Source of the DNA: Nemertoderma westbladi | Taxonomy: Eukaryota > Animalia > Xenacoelomorpha | Direction of reading: 5' to 3' | NCBI GenBank assembly: GCA_032718475.1 | Contig: JAUCBJ010001655.1 | Location: 1 to 38,291, forward strand | Length of the DNA: 38,291 nucleotides | Shown here: in pieces, positions 1-11,766 of the stretch | Layout: the number at the start of each line of letters is the position of its first letter | Position numbering within the stretch: position 1 is the first letter of the stretch | The notes under the pieces: model-generated | Told to the model about the DNA's origin: nothing | What the model saw: the letters and a program-made list of their open reading frames with translations, nothing else | Databases searched by the model: none | Translations under genes and position numbers: made by a program

Positions 1-49
1 ACAGACAGACTGACTGACTGACAGACAATCGATATTTATATATATTAGA
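1..49 (-). mobile_element. 5' end of a non-autonomous Helitron that continues off the left edge
   Basis: Minus strand reads TCTAATATATATAAATATCGATTGTCTGTCAGTCAGTCAGTCTGTCTGT (TC start plus tetranucleotide microsatellite); identical to 2781-2829 and abuts the CTAG end of the next element. Confidence 0.7.
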
Positions 50-2833
50 CTAGAAAGCCTGTGGCCCTTCGGGCCACAGCTTTCTAGTGCACGTGCAGAT
101 GATATATGAATATGTGTGGAAGATTGGAGAACTGCATACGGAACAGACACCATCATTAAATAAAACACCACCCCCATAAGAGATAACTTTCAAGTTTCAA
201 CTTTAGTCAGATTGTAAATAACAAAATTTCCAGAAAATGATCACTTTCAGATCCACCCTCTACCTGCGGACTGGTGAAATGCAGACGGCGCTGCAGTTTG
301 GTAAAGGTGGGGTTTATGGTGAAGTAAAATGCCTGCCTTTCAAGTTTCAGCTTAAACAGATTGTAAATAACAAAATTGGTGTAGATGTTCACATTCAGAC
401 TTCTAGCGGTAGACTGAAGAACTGTAGACGACTCTGGGACTCCGTAAAGATACAGAATATGCTGCAGTAGATTCCTGCCAAGTTTCAGCTCAAAGGGATT
501 AAAGAGAACCAATTGGGATGAGGTGTTCACTATCAGACAATTCGCCCTCTAGCGGCAGATAGGGGAACTGTATACAACTCTGCGACTCCGTAAAGGTAGA
601 GCCTATGCTGTAGTAGATGCCTACCAAGTTTCAGTCTAAACCGTTTGTAAATAACAAAGTTGGAGAAGATGTTAATTTTCAGACATTTCACCCTCTAGCG
701 GTAGACTGGGGAAGTGTATAGGACTCTGCAACTCCGTAAAGATAGAGCCTAGGATGTAGTAGATACCTGCCAAGTTTCAGCTCAAAAGGATTAAAAAGAA
801 CCAAATGGGATGAGGTTTTCACTATCAGACAATTCGCCCTCTTGCGTCTGACTGTGGAACTGTAGACGACTCTACTACTCCGCAAAGATATAGCCTATGC
901 TATAGTAGATGCCTACCAAGTTTCAGTCTAAAAGGATTGTAAATAACAAAGTTGGAGAAGATGTTAACTTTCATACATTTCGCCCTCTAGCGGCAGACGC
1001 GGGTACTGTAGACAACTCTGCGCGACTCAGTAAAGATATAGCCTATGCTGTAGTAGATGCCTACCAAGTTCAGTCTAAATGGATTATAAATAACAAAGTT
1101 GGAGAAGATGTTAACTTGCAGACATTTCGCCCTCTAGCGGTAGACTGGGAAATTGTAGACGACTTTGCGACTCAGTAAAGATTCAGCCTATGCTGTAGTA
1201 GATGCCTACCAAGTTTCAGTCTAAACCGTTTGTAAATAACAAAGTTGGAGAAGATGTTAATCTCTCAGACATTTCAGCCCTCTAGCGGTAGACTGGGGAA
1301 GTGTATAGGACTCTGCAACTCCGTAAAGATAGAGCCTAGGATGTAGTAGATACCTGCCAAGTTTCAGCTCAAAAGGATTAAAAAGAACCAAATGGGATGA
1401 GGTTTTCACTATCAGACAATTCGCCCTCTTGCGTCTGACTGTGGAACTGTAGACGACTCTACTACTCCGCAAAGATATAGCCTATGCTATAGTAGATGCC
1501 TACCAAGTTTCAGTCTAAAAGGATTGTAAATAACAAAGTTGGAGAAGATGTTAACTTTCATACATTTCGCCCTCTAGCGGCAGACGCGGGTACTGTAGAC
1601 AACTCTGCGCGACTCAGTAAAGATATAGCCTATGCTGTAGTAGATGCCTACCAAGTTCAGTCTAAATGGATTATAAATAACAAAGTTGGAGAAGATGTTA
1701 ACTTGCAGACATTTCGCCCTCTAGCGGTAGACTGGGAAATTGTAGACGACTTTGCGACTCAGTAAAGATTCAGCCTATGCTGTAGTAGATGCCTACCAAG
1801 TTTCAGTCAAAACGGATTGTAAATAATAAAGTTGGAGAAGATGTTATCTCTCAGACATTTAGCACTCTAACGGTAGACTGGGGAACTGTAGACCACCCAG
1901 TGACTCCGGAAATATACAGCCTATGCTGCAGTATATAGCTACCAAGTTTCAGCTCAAAAGCATTAAAAACAACCCAATAAGATCAGGTTTTCACTATCGG
2001 ATAATTCGCCCTCTAGCGGCAGACGGGGGAACTTCAGACGGCTCTGAGTATTACGTTGCAACGAGTTAGGGCGAGACCTATCTAACGAGCTATAGTAAGC
2101 GAGATTTCATCGAGATTAGATGTATAATATTAGATAACATAATAATACAGTAAGTATAGGCCTATAGAAATAATTATTTTTACTTTTAATATTCATAACA
2201 GTAAAACAAAAATGTTATAAACCTCTCCTTCCATGCAGCCAATGATTGAGAAAGCAGAATTACTACAACCCAAACCCACCCCAATCAACTCTCCAGCCTG
2301 CTTGCTCCTTATCTGTGCCCAGCCAGCTAGCTGCGAGTTCAATAATTACCTTAAGGTTGCTACAGAAAACAATCCTTCCCTATTCAATAACAATAGGCCA
2401 ATTCGATCGTGCTTGGCGAATATGACATATTTATACACTATTTGTTTTTTAATCAATAAATAATCATACATATTTATATTAAACACTCGAATAAAATAAA
2501 TACTTTGTGAGAATGGGACACGGCGAATCTACCCATGTTAATTTTATACCAGGTGGGATAAATGTTAGCCCTCTAAATCATTAATTACCGATAGAAGAAC
2601 CGAAATAATTCGATAAATTTCGCCCGAAAATCACGAAAATCGCCCTCTAGCGGCAGACGGGCGAACTTCAGACGACTCTGAGTATTACGTTGCAACGAGT
2701 TAGGGCGAGACCTTTCTAACGAGCTATAGCAAGCGAGATTTCATCGAGATGGGTTCGATTGTATAGCCGATGACAAACACACAGACAGACTGACTGACTG
2801 ACAGACAATCGATATTTATATATATTAGATAGA
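50..2833 (-). mobile_element. Non-autonomous Helitron A with an internal tandem-repeat array
   Basis: 5' TC end with (TCTG/TCAG)n microsatellite near 2781-2833; 3' GC hairpin GTGGCCC-GAA-GGGCCAC followed by CTAG at 50-53; no Rep/helicase ORF. Confidence 0.75.
190..2045. repeat. ~146-bp tandem repeats (~12 units) with a 587-bp (4-monomer) higher-order duplication
   Basis: CCAAGTTTCAG-like anchor recurs near 478, 624, 770, 916, 1064, 1209, 1357, 1503, 1651, 1796 and 1942; identical spurious ORFs are offset by 587 bp (909 vs 1496). Confidence 0.9.
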
Positions 2834-4819
2834 CTAGAAAGCCAGTGGCCCTTCGGGCCACGGCTTTCTAGTTCACAAGCCTATTCACCATTCCAAACAT
2901 TAATTAATTAATTAAATTAACAAAACTTCATATGATTGAGAGTGTTCTCTCAAACAAAAGGACTGATGCTGTTTTACTTTTCAGATATCTACACTGGTCA
3001 ACGTCCTTCACATAGATGCAGCCTTATGATGTAGTACAGTAGACCTCTGACAATTATCAGCGTAAAAGCATTTTTAATAAATAAATGTGAGAATGTTTTT
3101 ACTTTTCAGATTCAGATATTTCGCACCCTAGCAGTAGACTGGAAATCCGGAGACTGGTTAGCGTCCTCCCCTCTCCCCATACAAACAGCCTATGGTCAAG
3201 CATACCTTTCCCAAGTATAAGCAAAAAAGCATTAGAAACAACGAAATGGGAGAAGGATTTCACTTGAGACATTTCACCCTCTAGCGGCAGACTGAGAAAT
3301 TGCAGATTGGTCAGAGTTTTCCACAAACACGCAGTCTATGGTGTAGTAGACCTCTGACAATTATCAGCCTAAAAGCATTAGAAACAACGAAACGGGATAA
3401 GGTTTTCACTTTCAGACATTTCGCCCCCTAGCGGCCGAATGGATAACTGCAGTTTGTTCGGCGTCTTACCTAGACACACACCCTATGGTGTACTACACAT
3501 CTGGCAAGTGTCAGCCTGAAAGCATATTAATAACGAAATGGGATAAGGTTTTCACTTTCCGACATTTGGCCCCCTAGCGGTAGACTGGATAAATGCAGAC
3601 TGCTTCTAGCTCCTCCCCAAACACACAGTCTATGGTGTAGTAGACCTCTGTCGAGTATCAGCAAAAAAGCATTATAAACAATGAAATGCATAAAGGTTTT
3701 CACTTTCAGACATTGCGCCCCCTAGCGGCAGACAGAGCTATTGCAAATTGGTCTTAGTTCTCCACAACCACGCAGTCTTTGATGTAGTAGACCTCTGACA
3801 AGTTTCAGCCTAAAAACATTATAAACATCAAAATGGGATAAGGTTTTCACGTTCAGACATTTCGCCCCCTAGCGGCCAAATGGAGAACTGCAGTTTGTTC
3901 GGCGTCTTACCTAGACACACACCCTATGGTGTAATACACATCTGCCAAGTGTCAGCCTAAAAGCATTATTAATAACGAAATGGGATAAGGTTTTCACTTT
4001 CAGACATTTGGCCCCTTATCGGTAGACTGGATAAATGCAGACTGCTTCTAGCTCCTCCCCAAACACACAGTCTTGGTGTAGTAGACCTCTGCCAAGTATC
4101 AGCAAAAAAGCAGTATAAACAACGAAATGGGTGACGGTTTTCACTTTCAGACATTGCGCCCCCTACCGGCAGACAGAGGAATTGCAGATTATTCAGAGTT
4201 CTCTACAAACACGCAGTCTATGGTGTAGTCGACTTATGCCAAGTATCAGCAAAAAAGCATTATAAACAACGAAATGGGATAAGGTTTTCACTTTCAGATA
4301 TTGCTCCCCCTAGCGGCAGACTGGGGAATTGCAGATTGGTCAGCATCCTCCGAAAACACACAGCCTATGGTGTAGTAGACCTCTGCCACGTATCAGCTAA
4401 AAGGCATTAATAATAACGAAATGGGAGAAGGTTTTCGGTTTCTGACATTTCGCCCCCTGGCGGCAGACTGGAGAACTGCAGATTGATCAGTGTCTTCCCA
4501 AACACACAGTCTATGGTCAGGAACGTATCTGCAAAGTATCATTTAGAACAGATTGAGTCTGATGGTGCAACCGCTGTTATATAGTTTCCTACAGAATGAA
4601 CTGCTAGGCCTACTGCGCTACCGGTACCAAATTCACGAAATCTGCATTCACGCAAACAAACGCGTAAAATAAGACTCGAGATAGCGACAGTGCACGTGCT
4701 CGTGACGAGAGCTTTCGTTCGATGTATCGCGAGCTCCGATTGGTGCTTGTGTGTAGAAACGTATAGCTTGGACAGACAAACAGACAGACAGACACATGAT
4801 ATTTATATATATAGATAGA
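2834..4819 (-). mobile_element. Non-autonomous Helitron B (related 3' end, different 5' end) with diverged internal repeats
   Basis: 3' hairpin plus CTAG at 2834-2872 nearly identical to 50-88; 5' end TCTATCTATATATATAAATATCATGTGTCTGTCTGTCTG near 4819-4772. Confidence 0.7.
2975..4545. repeat. Diverged ~147-bp tandem repeats (~10-11 units), same family as in Helitron A
   Basis: CGCCCCCTAGCGGCAGAC-like core recurs near 3122, 3276, 3423, 3569, 3716, 3863, 4011, 4157, 4304 and 4451. Confidence 0.85.
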
Positions 4820-5699
4820 AGATATAGATAAATGGCCCGCAGCGGAAGCAAATACATGCGAAATTCGAATGCCCATATCTCAGCTATTTCCTAACCAAAT
4901 TCAAATATTTTCACATATTTGATATTTGGAATCCTTGCATGTCCAGCTTTCCAACTGCGGTGTAACTGATGCAATTTCGTCGGAGACACCTTTTTTAAAT
5001 GCTTGTAGCTAAAGAATGAAAGCAAAAATAAAAAAATTCTGGCTCACCCACTAAGGAGGAGGGAGATGAAACTATCTTTATTTCAAATTTCGTGTAATCT
5101 CATTAAGATTTATAGAAAAATTTGGGGGGGGGGGGGCAGGTACCTGAATAACGACACTATATTCTGGGCCATTGTGTAGCTTGTATGACTATTTTTGAAA
5201 TTTAAAAAATACGGAAATTTTTCTATTTTCGTTATTGGTAAGTGTAAGGTATTTAACAGATGTTTTTATGGTAGCTAGTGATTTTTTTTACTAGCTAGTA
5301 TTTTTTGAAATGATATAAAAATGTGAAAACATTGATATTTCAGGTTTAAACTGTTGCAGAATATATTAATGACCAAAAATGTTGTGTTATAACAGTTTAC
5401 AGTGTATATTATTATTTTTTTTATTTTGTTTACATTTTCACAAAACACTAGCAAGTAAAAAAAACACTAGCAACCATAAAAAAAATATCTACTAACTAAG
5501 ATTGTAGAACATTCACCAATACAAAAAAAAACTCAAAAACAATATTTCTATTTTTTTTTCAAATATACTAGCTAGTAAAAAAACACTATTGTAGCTACCA
5601 TTAAAAAAATATATCTACTAAGGTTCTAGAACATTCAACAATGAAAAAAAAATCAAAAATAGAAAAAAAAAATCAATTTTAAAAAATGGTCACACAAGC

Positions 5700-6140
5700 T
5701 ATACCAGTGCCGTGAACACCCACTGCGCTAAGAGAAAGCTTATCTGCCAAGGCAGTCAGCTCACCTTGTCGCATTGGGGACCCGAGTGTTAGGGTGTTTA
5801 CTGAGGCTAGTCTAGTGACTTGCCTCAGATTAACCAATGGCTTTGTTGGTCGGGGTGGAACATGAGAGTAGCCTCCAACTCCAGAATCCCTCTCCCCCTC
5901 ACAATCTGGCCTCCCTGGTGACCCAGGGTTTGGGCCAGAAAGGTCACCAGGAAAGGGACTCAAAGAATTGTTGGCTTCTCTCTCACCAGTAGGGGGTGAG
6001 ACAGGCAGCCGGTCAGGAGATAACTGACGCCTGGGAGGCCGATTGTGTCCGGTAATTCCACTGGCCTCTAGTGGCCGGACCTCCGCATTACTAATGTAAT
6101 CCATAGTGGGGGGTTGGGGGGTTGGGGGGTTGGGGGGGTT
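5700..6140 (-). mobile_element. 5' fragment of a non-LTR retrotransposon (RTE-like), start of AP-endonuclease domain, truncated
   Basis: GC-rich island in AT-rich DNA; ORF from ATG 6104 ends in RLASVNTLTL...LTALADKLSLSAVGVHG, resembling the APE N-terminal pattern (ATxNVRTL...IDIxGIQE), then breaks off. Confidence 0.5.
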
Positions 6141-7209
6141 AACCAATGACGGCGTGTTGTAATGTCCGCTAAGGGGACATTACTTAACTGAATAACACCA
6201 ATGCAATACTAAATGTACAGGCCAATACAATGCTGCAATGTCCTCTAAAGTTGCAAAGTGATAAATAACAACACGCTGTTAATACTAACGGCGTTGAGTA
6301 ATGTTACAATTTTGGAATAAATTTAATTACAATTTGCAGTGAAAATAGACGTGAGAATAATAATCATTTTGCTCTAAAATGTGTATAGTTTACTAGCTAC
6401 TACTTTTTAATGTTAGTAGCTAGTAATTAATATCTATAGCTACAATTTTTATTAGGTTTCTGAGTTATATACGTAATTTTTTTTACTCTACAAATTTGTA
6501 TTGTTCTTTAATTGAGTGTATAATTTCCATAAAGGCGTTCCTTCCTTCCTTACGCATCTGGCGTCGCCAGAGATATCCGATCACCTTTATTCTAGAACAT
6601 TTGGTACATGTTCTATAACATTCAATATATGTTCTAGAACTCTTATCAATAGAAAAAAAACAGGCAAAATAGCATAAAAAATAATAAAATTAAAATTTTT
6701 TCTTAATAATTTTCTTTTAATTAATAAATTATTTTCTCGAAATTCATAATTAAAATGTTCTAGAACTTTTTTCAAAGTTCTAGAACACTCAATATACGTT
6801 CTAGAACATTTATGAAGAAACAAAACTGACAAAAAAGCATGACAATTTGTTGAAAAAAAAAACAACGAAAATGTTGGCAAGGGCGGAAATGTTCCCGTTG
6901 ATTGTTTAACGCCTTTTCTATGGAAGGAGTTAAAATAATGTTCTATCTAAATATAATGTATTTCTGTCACCTCATAGTGATTATTTTCTAGAATATTTAT
7001 GCACTAGTATTGATTGTGACAATAATAAGGAACAATTTTAGCATAGAATTTAGAGTTATTTGCATGGCTAAAATTTTTATTTTTTAATGGAAGGCTTTTT
7101 TGTCTGATTTAAAGTTCAATTATACATATCGACGTTCCAAAGAGTATAGCTGTTTTATAAATACCGCGTAGATCTTGGGAAGTTCAGGTGGGCAAAAATA
7201 AAAACCAAG

Positions 7210-7743
7210 ATGTTTGGAGAACCCATACGTCTTTTCCATAAGTCATCGCCTCCCCGTAGTACAGTCCCAGAAATATATCACCGTCACCCCAGTAATGACT
7301 CCAGCAGTGATTCCAGCAGTGATTCCAGCAGTGACTCCATGAGTGATTCCAACTTTGAGTCGTACACAGCACCCGAGCCTGTGCCTTACCCGAAACCTCA
7401 CAGTAATGTCAACAAGAATGTGCTTCCCGCAAGTTATGGGAAATGGATGCGGCAAGTTGGGGCCAATAGAACCATTTCTATAAAGAAAAATAAGGTGCCT
7501 GCGGATTCTAGATCAAAGAATGTGGTTGATTCCATTAAACCCAGTAAGGTATCAGCCACTGGTAGACATAGACGTTCTTATACAGAAGACGATGACAAAC
7601 CTAAAAATACCTTCATTGTTAAAGGACCCCCCCAACATTTTGAAGGCGCTAGAGATGAGAGAATTCGGACGGACATTGAGTATTGTCAGTGCGTATGCCT
7701 GAAGCTTCCTGAGATTCCTAGCATCGAAAAGATCAGAAGATAA
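7210..7743 (+). CDS. Hypothetical 177-aa Ser/Pro/Lys-rich, probably disordered protein (single exon or terminal exon)
   Basis: 534-bp non-satellite ORF, more GC-rich than flanks; in-frame 12-bp DSSS repeats; possible acceptor TTCAG at 7183-7187. No family recognised. Confidence 0.5.
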   Translation: MFGEPIRLFHKSSPPRSTVPEIYHRHPSNDSSSDSSSDSSSDSMSDSNFESYTAPEPVPYPKPHSNVNKNVLPASYGKWMRQVGANRTISIKKNKVPADSRSKNVVDSIKPSKVSATGRHRRSYTEDDDKPKNTFIVKGPPQHFEGARDERIRTDIEYCQCVCLKLPEIPSIEKIRR

Positions 7744-8100
7744 ACCATAACTCAATACTCTGTAACATTTTCTTTACCTAAAAGCACCCCTAAATATTCA
7801 TATAATATGTTGACTGATAATTGTAAACTAAACACTAAATCGACATTTTAGATTGCAAACAGTATGTACCGCAACATTGTAGTAATTGTAAGTAACTTAG
7901 TGATGTACTTTGAACTCGTAGTCAACAGTGCATTGAATATCTACATCTTATTGTGAATCCAATCTATGGGTCCTACCAAATTTCATAATTAAACCAGTTG
8001 ATATTAAGTTTAGTTGTGTTGTGTTGTCGTGGTGTGCAGATAGATAAATGGATTTAATTTCGTTAATCAGTATTTAAGGTACATATTCAGGGAAAGGAGT

Positions 8101-11100
8101 TCCTGTACCAGAAAGCTGGTTGGTCCCTGTACCAATACTGGTCACTGTACCAGCAAGCTGGTCCCTGTATCAGCAAGCTGGTCCCTGTATCAGAAAGCTG
8201 GTCCCTTTACCAGAAAGCTGGTCCCTGTACCAGAAAGCTGGTCCCTTTACCAGAAAGCTGGTCCCTGTACCAATACTGGTCACTGTACCAGCAAGCTGGT
8301 CCCTGTATCAGAAAGCTGGTCCCTGTACCAGAAAGCTGGTCCCTTTACCAGAAAGCTGGACCCTGTACTAGAAACCTGGTCCTTGTACCAGAAAGCTTGT
8401 CCCTGTACCAGAATTCTGGTCCCTGTATCAGAATGCTGGTCCCTGTACCAGAAAGCTGGTACCTGTACCATAAAGCTAGTCCCTGTATCAGAAAGTTGGT
8501 CCCTGTACCAGAAAGCTGGTCCCTGTACTAGAAAGCTGGTCCTTGTACCAGAATGCTGGTCCCTGTATCAGAAAGTTGGTCCCTGTACCAGAAAGCTGGT
8601 CCCTGTCCTAGAAAGCTGGTCCTTGTACCAGAAAGCTGGTCCCTGTACCAGAATGCTGGTCCCTGCACCAGAATGCTGAACCCTGTACCAGCAAGCTGTT
8701 CCCTGTACCAGCAAGCTGGTCCCTGTACCAGCAAGCTGGTCCCTGTACCAGAAAGCTGGACCCTGTACCATAAAGCTGGTCCCTGTATCAGAAAGCTGGT
8801 TCCTGTACCAGAAAGCTTGTCCCTGTACTAGAAAGCTGGTCCTTGTACCAGAAAGCTGGTCCCTGTACCGAATGCTGGTCCCTGTACCAGCAAGCTGGTT
8901 CCTGTATCAGAATGCTGGTCCCTGCACCAGAATGCTGAACCCTGTACCAGCAAGCTGTTCCCTGTACCAGCAAGCTGTTCCCTGTACCAGCAAGCTGGTC
9001 CCTGTACCAGAAAGCTGGTCCCTATACCTGAAAGCTGGTCCCTGTACCAGAAAGCTGGTCCCTGTACCAGCAAGCTGGTCCCTGTATCAGAAAGCTGGTT
9101 CCTGTACCAGAAAGCTTGTCCCTGTACTAGAAAGCTGGTCCTTGTACCAGAAAGCTGGTCCCTGTACCGAATGCTGGTCCCTGTACCAGCAAGCTGGTTC
9201 CTGTATCAGAATGCTGGTCCCTGCACCAGAATGCTGAACCCTGTACCAGCAAGCTGTTCCCTGTACCAGCAAGCTGTTCCCTGTACCAGCAAGCTGGTCC
9301 CTGTACCAGAAAGCTGGTCCCTATACCTGAAAGCTGGTCCCTGTACCAGAAAGCTGGTCCCTGTACCAGCAACCTGTCCCTGTACCAGAAAGCTGGTCCC
9401 TGTACCATAAAGCTGGTCCCTGTATCAGAAAGCTGGTCCTGTACCAGAAAGCTGGTCCCTTTACCAGAAAGCTGGACCCTGTACCAGAATTCTGGTCCCT
9501 GTACCAGCAAGCTGGTCCCTGTATCAGAAAGCTGGTTCCTGTACCAGAAAGCTTGTCCCTGTACTAGAAAGCTGGTCCTTGTACCAGAAAGCTGGTCCCT
9601 GTACCGAATGCTGGTCCCTGTACCAGCAAGCTGGTTCCTGTATCAGAATGCTGGTCCCTGTACCAGAAAGCTGGTCCCTGTACCATAAAGCTGGTCTCTG
9701 TATCAGAAACCTGGTCCCTGTACCAGAAAGCTGGTCCCTGTACCAGAAAGCTGGTCCCTGTACTAGAAAGCTGGTCCTTGAACCAGAAAGCTGGTCCCTG
9801 TACCATAATGCTGGTCCCTTTACCAGAATGCTGGACCCTGTACCAGAAAGCTGGTCCCTGTACCAGCAAGCTGGTCCCTGTATCAGAAAGCTGGTCCCTG
9901 TACTAGAAAGCTGGTTCTTGTACCAGAAAGCTGGTCCCTGTACCAGAATGCTGGTCCCTGTACCAGAATGCTGGACCCTGTACCAGAAAGCTGGTCCCTG
10001 TATCAGAAAGCTGGTCCCTGTACCAGAAAGCTGGTCCCTGTACCGAATGCTGGTCCCTGTACCAGCAAGCTGGTTCCTGTATCAGAATGCTGGTCCCTGC
10101 ACCAGAATGCTGAACCCTGTACCAGCAAGCTGTTCCCTGTACCAGCAAGCTGTTCCCTGTACCAGCAAGCTGGTCCCTGTACCAGAAAGCTGGTCCCTAT
10201 ACCTGAAAGCTGGACCCTGTACCAGCAAGCTGGTCCCTGTACCAGCAAGCTGGTCCCTGTATCAGAAAGCTGGTTCCTGTACCAGAAAGCTTGTCCCTGT
10301 ACTAGAAAGCTGGTCCTTGTACCAGAAAGCTGGTCCCTGTACCGAATGCTGGTCCCTGTACCAGCAAGCTGGTTCCTGTATCAGAATGCTGGTCCCTGCA
10401 CCAGAATGCTGAACCCTGTACCAGCAAGCTGTTCCCTGTACCAGCAAGCTGTTCCCTGTACCAGCAAGCTGGTCCCTGTACCAGAAAGCTGGTCCCTATA
10501 CCTGAAAGCTGGTCCCTGTACCAGAAAGCTGGTCCCTGTACCAGCAACCTGTCCCTGTACCAGAAAGCTGGTCCCTGTACCATAAAGCTGGTCCCTGTAT
10601 CAGAAAGCTGGTCCTGTACCAGAAAGCTGGTCCCTTTACCAGAAAGCTGGACCCTGTACCAGAATTCTGGTCCCTGTACCAGCAAGCTGGTCCCTGTATC
10701 AGAAAGCTGGTTCCTGTACCAGAAAGCTTGTCCCTGTACTAGAAAGCTGGTCCTTGTACCAGAAAGCTGGTCCCTGTACCGAATGCTGGTCCCTGTACCA
10801 GCAAGCTGGTTCCTGTATCAGAATGCTGGTCCCTGTACCAGAAAGCTGGTCCCTGTACCATAAAGCTGGTCTCTGTATCAGAAACCTGGTCCCTGTACCA
10901 GAAAGCTGGTCCCTGTACCAGAAAGCTGGTCCCTGTACTAGAAAGCTGGTCCTTGAACCAGAAAGCTGGTCCCTGTACCATAATGCTGGTCCCTTTACCA
11001 GAATGCTGGACCCTGTACCAGAAAGCTGGTCCCTGTACCAGCAAGCTGGTCCCTGTATCAGAAAGCTGGTCCCTGTACTAGAAAGCTGGTTCTTGTACCA

Positions 11101-11647
11101 GAAAGCTGGTCCCTGTACCAGAATGCTGGTCCCTGTACCAGAATGCTGGACCCTGTACCAGAAAGCTGGTCCCTGTATCAGAAAGCTGGTCCCTGTACCA
11201 GAAAGCTGGTCCCTGTACCAGAAAGCTGGTCCCTGTACCAGAATGCTGGTCCCTGTACCAGAAAGCTGGTCCCTGTACCAGAAAGCTGGTCCCTGTACCA
11301 TAGAGCTGGTCCCTGTACCAGAAAGCTGGTCCCTGTACCAGCAAGCTGGTCCCTGTACCAGAAAGCTGGTCCTGTACTAGAAAGCTGGTCCCTGTACCAG
11401 CAAGCTTGTCCCTGTATCAGAAAGCTGGTCCCTGTACCAGAACGCTAGTCCCTGTACCAGAATGCTGGTCCCTGTACCAGAAAGCTGGTCCCTGTACCAG
11501 AAAGCTGGTCCCTGTACCATAGAGCTGGTCCCTGTACCAGAGAGCTGGTCCCTGTACTAGAAAGCTGGTCCCTGTACTAGAAAGCTGGTTGGTCCCTGTA
11601 CCAGAAAGCTGGTCCCTGTACTAGAAAGCTGGTTTTTGTACCAGAAA
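8101..11647. repeat. 20-bp satellite CCCTGTACCAGAAAGCTGGT (~177 copies) with 299-bp and 1175-bp higher-order repeats
   Basis: Read directly; identical spurious ORFs recur at offsets 299 (8788/9087) and 1175 (9579/10754, 9127/10302). Confidence 0.97.
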
Positions 11648-11650
11648 TCA

Positions 11651-11766
11651 CCAGCTTTCTGGTACAAAAACCAGCTTTTTGGTACAGGGACCAGCTTTCT
11701 GGTACAGGGACCAACCAGCTTTCTAGTACAGGGACCAGCTTTTTGGTACAGGGACCAGCATTCTGG
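11651..11766 (-). repeat. Inverted (fold-back) copy of the last ~5 units of the 20-bp satellite
   Basis: Reverse complement matches ~11545-11647, including the rare GGTTGGTCCC and GGTTTTTGTACC variants. Confidence 0.92.

Noticed and set aside
207-4876. Short ORFs within the Helitrons
   Set aside because: They derive from the ~146-bp repeats or the microsatellite end and have no HUH-Rep or Pif1 helicase motifs.
6108-6140. Telomere-like (G6T2)n repeat
   Set aside because: Only four units, interstitial, and attached to the 5' end of a LINE-like fragment.
8120-11448. Many overlapping ORFs such as LVPVPESWSLYQKAGPCTRK
   Set aside because: Translations of the 20-bp satellite.
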